Source: Planctomycetales bacterium (lineage in GTDB: Bacteria; 4484-113; JAFGCY01). Taken from it: a DNA stretch of 32,000 nt. The position numbers and the translations under genes were made by a program. The notes beneath the pieces are model-generated. The model was not told where the DNA came from. It searched no databases and was given only the letters and a program-made list of their open reading frames with translations. Of the stretch, positions 23,844 to 30,919 are shown piece by piece. The stretch spans positions 2,880,001 to 2,912,000 of the forward strand of contig CP060262.1 of assembly GCA_022646745.1 (NCBI GenBank), in the 5' to 3' direction. The stretch's first letter is position 1, and every line of letters begins with the position of its first letter.

Positions 23844-26057
23844 CTAGCGTCGCTTCAGGGTGAATGAAGAAAGCCTGTCCTGCGGGGCAGGCTTTATGCT
23901 TATTTCTGCGTCGCTGATGCGCAATACCCCTTGATCGCTGCCTCCCGGCTGCGGCAGTGAATCCACCGAAACCCACAAATAACTGTTATTGGACCAGCTT
24001 TCGGGTTCGTATGGCATGTCCCGCGGGATTACAAGAACATGCAAATCTGCTAGCACAGCAGGTTGGGCAGAAGGGTCCCAGCTAAGCGATACCGTCCCAC
24101 GACCCAGACCGCAAAGCATCCCGGTTGGAGCTGACTTCCCACCACCGACCAGCTCAAAGGGCAGGTCATCTGCCTTGGCCAGTTCCTGTTGCACCGGCGA
24201 CAGTTCCAGCAGGGGATTCTCCTCCGGTACATCTGCCAGCCACAGCACCCGGTCCAGCGAGCTGATCCCGCGCGCTTTGAGCGAACTGACTAGGTTGTCT
24301 GCGTTGTGCCGCCGTGACAGCCAGTATGGATCAACGAGCAATGTCCGGCCGGATGCAGGATTGTCGTAGTAGACCGCAAAGCTGCGGTCCATCCGCAGCA
24401 CGGCCAGCTGGGGATGCGGCAGGATGCTGCGCATCGCGATCCAGCCGATGACAATCCATCCAAGCAGCAGGCAGGCTGGCTGGAGGAGCATCAGCTGGCG
24501 TACGGACAGCTCCTCCCTGTTGCGATACCACTCTCCTGCCAGCAGCACGAGGGCATAGAACGTAACTATCGCCCAGGCTGGCGGACTTGGCACGGCAATG
24601 CTGGAGAAGGGCAGGCCGGCGAAGAAGGTCGCAAGTCCATCCAACAGGCGGCAGAGGATTGTCACGATCCAGCTCAGCACTGTGCCGACCCCGGGCAAGG
24701 CACTCAGCCCGAAGCTGCTCAGGGCCCCGCAGACCAGCAGTGCCAGTGACAATGGCACGGCCAGCAGGTTACTGAACAGGCCGACCAGCGAGAACTGGTT
24801 GAAGCTGGCCGCGAGCACCGGAGTGACGAACAGCTGCGCACCTCCCGTTGTCAACAGGCCATCCAGCAGGAAGCGCCGCCAGCCGCCAAGGTGCGTCACC
24901 AGCGGATTGAGCGTGCCCATCATGTAGATCAGGCCGAATGTCGCGAGGAAGCTGAGCTGGAAGCCGGGGGTGAACAGCTGCAGCGGCTGGCCCAGGAGCA
25001 GGATCAGTCCGGCCTGGGACAGCGTTGACAAGCCGTCCACACGGCGCAGGAACAGCCGGCCGGCACAGAGCAGGATGCCCATGCAGAGTGCACGCACGAT
25101 GCTTGTTTCGTAGCCGGTGATGCCGGCATAGACCGCCACAACGCCGATCGTCACGAGGAACTGTGCCAGGCTGACAAGCGTGCCCCTCGTGTCAAAGCTG
25201 CGCGGGCTGCGCCACAGTATCATCGCCATCAGCACGATCAGCAGGCTGACCTGCGTGCCGCTGGCAACGAGGATGTGCGTCAACCCGGCCCGGCGGAAAC
25301 GTTCCTGCAAGCCATCGTCGAGATCCGTGATCTTGTCGCCGTAAACCACACTGACGGCGAGGTCCTGCAGCCCGGCCGGCAGACTACGTGTCAGGCTTTC
25401 CGTCAGACGGCCGCGCAGGCGCGTCAGCCAGGCCAGCCGGCGGCTGCCAGAGTCATCCAGCACTTCCATGAAGCCGGGGGAGGGCAGGTAGCAGGTCATC
25501 ACGGTCCCGCGCTGCAGCAGGTAGGCGCGGTAATTGAACTGCCCACGGTTACGCGGATTGGCGACCTCTTCCAGTTCACCGGTGAATTCGAAGTGATCAC
25601 CTGGGCTGAGCAGCAGGTCCGGTTCACACTGCAGGTAGAACTGGCAACGTCCCAGTCCAGCCTCCCGCCGGACCTCACCGACGGAGTAGACTTCTGCTAT
25701 GAAGCGCAGGTGCCCGCGCTGGTACTTCGGCAGGCTGCGCACGACGGCTTCCGCATCACGGGAATCAGAATTTGCATGGTTCAGCAGGGGTGCCAGTGTC
25801 ACCTGCTGGATGGCGATGTTGCAGTAGAGGTACCCGCACATTCCGATCGCAATCGCGGCTGGCAGGCGGGCCCATGCAATGTCACTGTCCCTCCAGATGA
25901 AATGCAGCATGAGCAGGCTGCAGAGCAATACGAGGCCCGGTATCATCACGTCGGCCGGCAGGCCATGCGGCATGCGGAAATTTCCGCCGAGCGCGATGCC
26001 CGTGCTGAACAGCAGCAGTACCTGTAAATAGACCCTTTCCTTCAGGAAACCGAACAA
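23844..26057 (-). CDS. comEC: ComEC/Rec2-family DNA internalisation channel protein
   Basis: Polytopic membrane protein with the competence-domain signature FRRAGLTHILVASGTQVSLLIV. It has an N-terminal OB-like region. The C-terminal domain of about 190 aa has a beta-lactamase-like layout but lacks the His motif. TTG start. Confidence 0.8.
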   Translation of the reverse strand: MFGFLKERVYLQVLLLFSTGIALGGNFRMPHGLPADVMIPGLVLLCSLLMLHFIWRDSDIAWARLPAAIAIGMCGYLYCNIAIQQVTLAPLLNHANSDSRDAEAVVRSLPKYQRGHLRFIAEVYSVGEVRREAGLGRCQFYLQCEPDLLLSPGDHFEFTGELEEVANPRNRGQFNYRAYLLQRGTVMTCYLPSPGFMEVLDDSGSRRLAWLTRLRGRLTESLTRSLPAGLQDLAVSVVYGDKITDLDDGLQERFRRAGLTHILVASGTQVSLLIVLMAMILWRSPRSFDTRGTLVSLAQFLVTIGVVAVYAGITGYETSIVRALCMGILLCAGRLFLRRVDGLSTLSQAGLILLLGQPLQLFTPGFQLSFLATFGLIYMMGTLNPLVTHLGGWRRFLLDGLLTTGGAQLFVTPVLAASFNQFSLVGLFSNLLAVPLSLALLVCGALSSFGLSALPGVGTVLSWIVTILCRLLDGLATFFAGLPFSSIAVPSPPAWAIVTFYALVLLAGEWYRNREELSVRQLMLLQPACLLLGWIVIGWIAMRSILPHPQLAVLRMDRSFAVYYDNPASGRTLLVDPYWLSRRHNADNLVSSLKARGISSLDRVLWLADVPEENPLLELSPVQQELAKADDLPFELVGGGKSAPTGMLCGLGRGTVSLSWDPSAQPAVLADLHVLVIPRDMPYEPESWSNNSYLWVSVDSLPQPGGSDQGVLRISDAEISIKPAPQDRLSSFTLKRR
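23870..23907 (+). terminator. Rho-independent terminator of rpsT, embedded in the 3' coding end of convergent comEC
   Basis: An 11-bp stem, 23870-23880 paired with 23885-23895 (AAAGCCTGTCC / GGGCAGGCTTT, one G-U pair), with loop TGCG and a U-rich tail ATGCTTATTTCT. Confidence 0.6.
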
Positions 26058-26109
26058 GACCCGTTGCCCCTCGCCGTCTGCGGCTTCTATACTGGCGCGA
26101 GCTTAGACC

Positions 26110-26769
26110 ATGTCCACCCCCGAAGTAAACAGGCTGCTGATGATCGCGATGGCCCCCGAGGCCGCGCATATCCCAGCAATCCTCGGTGGAGAAGCATTGC
26201 AGCGCGTTGACAGCCTGCGCTGGACCAGCTGCTGCGGAAACCTGCTGATCGGTGTGAGCGGGGTCGGGGGCCACAACATGGCGGCAATGACATCGAAACT
26301 GCTGCTGGAGAATCCGGGCATCCGTGAAGTTGCCAACTTCGGTTCAGCCGGGGCCTACCTTGAATCCGGCCTCGAAGTGGGAGACTGCTGCATGGTGCGC
26401 CGGGTGGCGAAATGGGACCTGTTCCTGGACATCGAGGATTTCGAGCAGTTCTTCACCCAGAAGGAGCTGTCTGCCGGGCCCGCCGGATCGGAAGAGCTGC
26501 CATTGCATGATTGCAACAGCGGCTGCAGCTTCAGCCGGGAGATGAACCGCCGCCGGCCAGGTTTTCCTCCCGCCGATCTCGAGGACATGGAGCTGTACAG
26601 CCTGGCTGCACTCTGCCAGCTGCACGAGCTGCCCCTGTGGTCAATGAAGTTCGTGAGCAACATCGTTTCCGACAGCTCAATTGAGGATTTCGCCCAGGGC
26701 TTCGTGCCCAATGTGAAGCAGGCGAGCAAGCTGATGAGCGACCTGCTGGTCCAGTGGTTGTCAGAGTAG
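26110..26769 (+). CDS. PNP/UDP-phosphorylase-family nucleosidase (MTA/SAH nucleosidase or futalosine hydrolase-like)
   Basis: LLMIAMAPEA, GVSGVGGHNMAAMTSKLL, VANFGSAGAY and ADLEDMELYSLAALC correspond to the conserved blocks of the MtnN/MqnB family. Which of the two it is cannot be decided by eye. Confidence 0.5.
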   Translation: MSTPEVNRLLMIAMAPEAAHIPAILGGEALQRVDSLRWTSCCGNLLIGVSGVGGHNMAAMTSKLLLENPGIREVANFGSAGAYLESGLEVGDCCMVRRVAKWDLFLDIEDFEQFFTQKELSAGPAGSEELPLHDCNSGCSFSREMNRRRPGFPPADLEDMELYSLAALCQLHELPLWSMKFVSNIVSDSSIEDFAQGFVPNVKQASKLMSDLLVQWLSE

Positions 26770-26820
26770 TCCGGCTGCCAGGGAATCCGTTTCACAGTAT
26801 TCAATGATTCACAGGTTTCA

Positions 26821-26829
26821 TGTGGATAA
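26821..26829 (-). promoter_or_regulatory. Perfect DnaA box (TGTGGATAA on the plus strand = TTATCCACA on the minus strand)
   Basis: Exact 9/9 match to the DnaA-box consensus, in an AT-rich intergenic gap. Confidence 0.6.
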
Positions 26830-26890
26830 GCATGGATATCAATCGTGAAACCGCAATATCATTTAGACATATGTATAGTATGTTTCATTG

Positions 26891-26899
26891 TTATCCACA
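26891..26899 (+). promoter_or_regulatory. Perfect DnaA box TTATCCACA
   Basis: Exact 9/9 match, 61 bp from the first box and in the opposite orientation. Confidence 0.6.
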
Positions 26900-26990
26900 G
26901 ATTTAATTGGCCTGTAACCCCCCGGATTCTGAGGCCCGGTACAATCCAGCATCCCGATGATACGGGTGAATTCTCAAGGGTGATAAATGG

Positions 26991-27200
26991 ATGTTTGAAG
27001 ACCTTGTAGGCAATGATAGTGAGGTGCGGATTCGTACCAGTTTCGGCAGTGACGTCTGCGGTCGCCTGCTGGAAGTGAACAGTGGCCGCAGGATGTTCAT
27101 CGTCAAGGCGCAGGACTGCGAGGGCAGCTACCACGTCCCGTTTGATGCAGTCGTCTGCATCCGCGTCGATCCGATCAACCAGCTGGCCGGGACAGCCTAG
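26991..27200 (+). CDS. Small hypothetical protein (69 aa), possibly Sm-like beta-barrel
   Basis: The ORF has GC-rich third positions, typical of the neighbouring genes. AAGGGTGA lies about 9 nt upstream. A TACAAT hexamer at 26940-26945 lies upstream. The alternating-strand pattern VRIRTSFGSDVCGRLLEVN...MFIVKA...VPFDAVVCIRV is reminiscent of Sm/Hfq-like small domains. Confidence 0.45.
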   Translation: MFEDLVGNDSEVRIRTSFGSDVCGRLLEVNSGRRMFIVKAQDCEGSYHVPFDAVVCIRVDPINQLAGTA

Positions 27201-27211
27201 TCAAACATATC

Positions 27212-27236
27212 GGGTTGCGCTTCAGCCACGCAACCC
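27212..27236. terminator. GC-rich hairpin between convergent genes (weak or atypical terminator)
   Basis: GGGTTGCG (27212-27219), a 9-nt loop, CGCAACCC (27229-27236). There is no clean U-tract on either side. Confidence 0.35.
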
Positions 27237-27277
27237 CAGGGTGTGGATACGGCGCGCACAGTCAGTCCATCCCTTCA

Positions 27278-28042
27278 TCAGCGCTTTGGCGGCAGGTAAT
27301 TCAGCAGCCAGCCCGACACGATCGTGTCATCCAGACCCTCATGTTCGGTAAGCAAGTTGGTGCCGTGTGCCTTGCCTTCAAACACCCGCAGGCTGACGGG
27401 GTCGGCGGCCGTTGCCAGTTTTTCCAGCGCCACGCTGCTCTCCCATGAATACTTGTCGGCCTTCGAGCAGACAAGGTACAGCGGCCGGCGGCCATAGCGC
27501 TCAAGGTAGGCGGCGGGCTTCAGGCCGCGGTAGTCCTGTCCCGCTGACAATGCGACCACGGTGCGCACCCGCAGGTCGCCACTGCCATAGATGATTGCCA
27601 GGTTGGCACCGATGCTGGCACCGATGATCGCCACACGGTCCGCGTCTACTTCCGGCTGGTCCGCGAGAAAGTCATGCGCGGCACGGATGTCATTCAGCAT
27701 GCCGGTGAAGTCTGACTCAGTCAGGGCCTTGTAGTCCGGATTGCCGCCATCGGGGAACTTCGATTCACCATGCCCGCGCAGGTCGATGGCAATTGCGGCG
27801 TAGCCTTCCGCCACCAGCTTGCCGGCCATTTCTGTATAGGCTGACTTGTCGCTGCCAAGCATGTGCAGCATGATCACCGCCGGGGCACTGCTCTTCTGTG
27901 GCTTCCAGTACCAGGCGGCGATGCTGTGCCCATCCGAGCTCGTGAGCGTGGCAGCCTGTGCCCCCTTGGGGGCGGCCGCAACTGCCGGCATGCAGCACAG
28001 CAGCAGCATTGCCAGTGCGGTGATTGTCAGTCTGGCGATCAT
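27278..28042 (-). CDS. Secreted alpha/beta hydrolase (dienelactone hydrolase / S9-like)
   Basis: Signal peptide ending AVAAAP. HMLGSDK, IDLRGHGES, the nucleophile elbow IIGASIGAN, and a C-terminal GKAHGT (catalytic His). The start is 5 nt after the alaS stop. Confidence 0.75.
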   Translation of the reverse strand: MIARLTITALAMLLLCCMPAVAAAPKGAQAATLTSSDGHSIAAWYWKPQKSSAPAVIMLHMLGSDKSAYTEMAGKLVAEGYAAIAIDLRGHGESKFPDGGNPDYKALTESDFTGMLNDIRAAHDFLADQPEVDADRVAIIGASIGANLAIIYGSGDLRVRTVVALSAGQDYRGLKPAAYLERYGRRPLYLVCSKADKYSWESSVALEKLATAADPVSLRVFEGKAHGTNLLTEHEGLDDTIVSGWLLNYLPPKR

Positions 28043-28047
28043 CCTGT

Positions 28048-30819
28048 TCAGCTCCCAAGTGCAGCGTTGACCAGCTCCATGACCTTCTCGGCGGCGGCAC
28101 TGTTCATGCTGCCATCCTTGCCGCCTGCTTCAGCGAAGTCCGGCCGGCCGCCACCGCCGCCCTGGCAGATCTTCGCTGCCTCACGCACCAGGTCCGCAGC
28201 CTTGAGGCCCATCTCCAGTGCTTCCTTCGAGAGCTTGCCGACCAGCACGGCCTTGCCATCCACATTGCCGGCGAGGAACACCAGGTAGTTGTCCTTCCAG
28301 ACCTGGCCGCCAAGCTTCTCCACGAGGTACTTCACGTCCTCGCGCTGGCCGAGCTCAACCGGACGGACAAGCACGCGCAGGCCCTTGATCTCCTGTGCCT
28401 GGGCTGCCAGTCCCTCCACCATGCCGCCCACCTCCAGCTCGCGGCGTGCCTCAACGGCAGCCTGGCGGGCCTCACGGGCGGACTGCTCGGTTTCGGCGAT
28501 CCGGCCCAGCAGGTCGTCCCTCCATTCGCCGGTCCTGGACGCATAGGCATCGAGGTCACTTGTGCCGGTTGGGATCGGCAGCGGTACCTTGAAGTGCAGC
28601 GCAAGTCCGTCAGCCGCATCGCGGGTCGCGTTGGCAAAGGCCAGCGCCTTGAAGCCGGTCAGCGCGTAGATGCGGCGGATGCCGGACTGCACGCTTTCCT
28701 CCTTGACGATCACGAAGCGGCAGGCCTGCGAAGTGTGATCAAGGTGGGTGCCGCCGCACAGTTCACGGCTGACCCAGCCGTCCACGCTGTCATCCTCGCC
28801 CTCGCCGATGCTGATCACCCGCACCTCGTTGCCATACTTCTCATCGAACACGGCGGTGACGCCCATCTCCTTGGCCTGGGTCAGCGGCATGCTGTCCTGG
28901 CGCACGGGATGGTCCTCGATGATCCAGCGGTTGACAATCTCCTCGATGCGCTGGATCTCCTCGCGGGAGGTGGCCTGGAAGTGGCTGAAGTCGAAGCGGA
29001 TCTCGTCCTCGCTGAGCTGGGAGCCGGCCTGGGTGACATGCCCGCCGAGCACTTCCTTGAGCGCTTCCAGCATCAGGTGGTTCGTCGTATGCGGGCGGCG
29101 CAGGGCGTCACGGCGCACTGTGTTGACAGCGAGGATCACCCGGCTGCCTTCCTCCACGCCCGGCTCACCGCGCACGATGTGCACGCCACGCGTGTTGCCG
29201 GACTGCACCGGGTAGTTCTGGCCATCAAGTGGCATCCAGCCACTGTCATCAGGCTGTCCGCCGGAATTACTGTAGAACGGGGTGGAGTCGGTCACCATCC
29301 GCACGCCCTCCACCGGGGGCCCTGTCTTCGGGTCCTCCGGTGCGATCAGCGGGGCGATGCCACGGATGTCCGCCAGCGCTTCCACGCTGCGCACGGTCAC
29401 TTCGGCGCTGGTGTCGGTGTAGCCGAGGAAGCGCACGTCAAGCGCCTTCTCCTCCTGGCGTCCCATGTCGCCCTCGAACTTGCCGGCAGCGCGGGCGCGT
29501 TCACGCTGCGCCTCCATCTCCTCATTGAAGGCGGCTTCGTCGAGCTCCACCCCCTCCAGTTCGCAGAGGTCACGCGTGACTTCGAAGGGGAAGCCATAGG
29601 TGTCATACATCTCAAAGGCAAAGCTGCCGCTCAGGCTGCCGCCGCTGTCCTTCGTCGAGCGGATCTGCTCCATCACGTCGTCAAAGCTGCGGTTCATCAC
29701 GGCGAAGAACTGCTCCTCCTCCTTGGTGATCCAGGGCAGGATCAGGCGCTCGCGGTTGCGCCGCAGGTCACCGTAGTGGCCGCCCAGCTTGTCAATCACC
29801 AGGTCGCTGAGGTGCATGATGAAGGGGTCACGCACGCCGAGGATGAAGGCGCGGGAAATGATGCGGCGGATCAGCTTGCGCAGCACGTAGTTGCGCCCGT
29901 TGTTGCCGGGGTTGACGCCGTCGCCGAGCATGATCGTTGCCGTGCGGATATGGTCCGCCGCCAGCCAGTAGGGGTTGAAACCACGGCTGCCCAGCTCGAA
30001 CAGCTCATCGTCGCCCGGTGTCCGCTTCGTGGCCTTGTTGACAACCTCCGCGAAGCCGCGGATCAGGTAGTCCATGCAATCCGTCCGGTAGACCGTACGC
30101 ACATCCTGCTTGACCATGCTGAAGCGCTCCAGCCCGCCGCCGTAGTCCACGTTCTTGCTCGGCAGCTCACTGTCTGAGCCGCCTTCAGCGCGCTGGAACT
30201 GCATGAACACGTCGTTGCCGATCTCTACAATCCGGCCGGAGTTGCTCAGTTCAATGAAGCGCTCGCGGTCCACCGGCTGGCCGTCAGGTGCGAAGTCCCA
30301 GAAATACTCCGTGTCGTAGCCCCAGGGCCCGGTGTCACCGGCTGCCCAGCGGTTGTCAGCATCTCCGAGCCCGAACAGGCGTTCCGCCGGCCAGCCCATC
30401 TCATCTAGCCACAGCCTGCGCGTTTCCTCATCCTTCTCGTGGTGCGTGATGTACAGCCGCGAAGTGTCGAGGTTCAGCCAGTCCCTGCTGGTCATCCATT
30501 CGATTGTGTAGCGCATCGCATCGGCCTTGAAGTAGGCACCGAAGCTGAACTTACCGAGCATCTCAAAGAAGGTGTTATGGCGGTTGGTCTTGCCCACCTG
30601 CTCGATGTCGATGGTGCGGATGCACTTCTGCGCATTGGTCGCCGTACTGGCGGGCGGCTTCTCCTGGCCCATGAAGTAGCGCTTCAGCGGAGCCATGCCT
30701 GCGTTGATCAGCAGCAGCGTGGGGTCGGCCACGGGCACGACGGAGGCACTGGGCAGTTCCGTGTGGCCCTTCTGGCGGTAGAACTCAAGGAAGCTTTCGC
30801 GTATCTCGTTGGACAGCAT
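28048..30819 (-). CDS. alaS: Alanine--tRNA ligase
   Basis: N-terminus MLSNEIRESFLEFYRQKGHTELPSASVVP. FFEMLGKFSFGAYF. The editing-domain HxxxH / CGGTH zinc motifs (RRPHTTNHLM, ELCGGTHLDHT). A C-terminal DHHA1-like GGGGGRPDFAEAGG. 923 aa. Confidence 0.95.
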   Translation of the reverse strand: MLSNEIRESFLEFYRQKGHTELPSASVVPVADPTLLLINAGMAPLKRYFMGQEKPPASTATNAQKCIRTIDIEQVGKTNRHNTFFEMLGKFSFGAYFKADAMRYTIEWMTSRDWLNLDTSRLYITHHEKDEETRRLWLDEMGWPAERLFGLGDADNRWAAGDTGPWGYDTEYFWDFAPDGQPVDRERFIELSNSGRIVEIGNDVFMQFQRAEGGSDSELPSKNVDYGGGLERFSMVKQDVRTVYRTDCMDYLIRGFAEVVNKATKRTPGDDELFELGSRGFNPYWLAADHIRTATIMLGDGVNPGNNGRNYVLRKLIRRIISRAFILGVRDPFIMHLSDLVIDKLGGHYGDLRRNRERLILPWITKEEEQFFAVMNRSFDDVMEQIRSTKDSGGSLSGSFAFEMYDTYGFPFEVTRDLCELEGVELDEAAFNEEMEAQRERARAAGKFEGDMGRQEEKALDVRFLGYTDTSAEVTVRSVEALADIRGIAPLIAPEDPKTGPPVEGVRMVTDSTPFYSNSGGQPDDSGWMPLDGQNYPVQSGNTRGVHIVRGEPGVEEGSRVILAVNTVRRDALRRPHTTNHLMLEALKEVLGGHVTQAGSQLSEDEIRFDFSHFQATSREEIQRIEEIVNRWIIEDHPVRQDSMPLTQAKEMGVTAVFDEKYGNEVRVISIGEGEDDSVDGWVSRELCGGTHLDHTSQACRFVIVKEESVQSGIRRIYALTGFKALAFANATRDAADGLALHFKVPLPIPTGTSDLDAYASRTGEWRDDLLGRIAETEQSAREARQAAVEARRELEVGGMVEGLAAQAQEIKGLRVLVRPVELGQREDVKYLVEKLGGQVWKDNYLVFLAGNVDGKAVLVGKLSKEALEMGLKAADLVREAAKICQGGGGGRPDFAEAGGKDGSMNSAAAEKVMELVNAALGS

Positions 30820-30828
30820 AAGGCCGAT

Positions 30829-30834
30829 ATTATA
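30829..30834 (-). promoter_or_regulatory. Consensus TATAAT, 9 nt upstream of the alaS ATG (candidate leaderless promoter)
   Basis: The minus strand reads GTATAATATCGGCCTTATG. No SD is present. Confidence 0.45.
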
Positions 30835-30907
30835 CGGTGCACAGGCTCAGGCTGCAGCGGCCGGGCAGGCTGGCAGCACCCGGCGGCTGGCCCATGCGGC
30901 TCTGCCA

Positions 30908-30913
30908 TATAAT
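30908..30913 (+). promoter_or_regulatory. Consensus TATAAT, 6 nt upstream of the lpxB GTG (candidate leaderless promoter)
   Basis: CATATAATCGCTGCGTG. The GTG at 30920 is the only canonical start codon (ATG/GTG/TTG) within 30 codons upstream of the conserved RIFFSTGELSGE block. Confidence 0.45.
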
Positions 30914-30919
30914 CGCTGC

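Noticed and set aside
26789-26899. Calling this region the chromosomal origin outright.
   Set aside because: Only two strong and two weak DnaA boxes are present, there is no dnaA/dnaN context, and I cannot compute GC skew here. It is kept as a finding to test, not as an annotated oriC feature.
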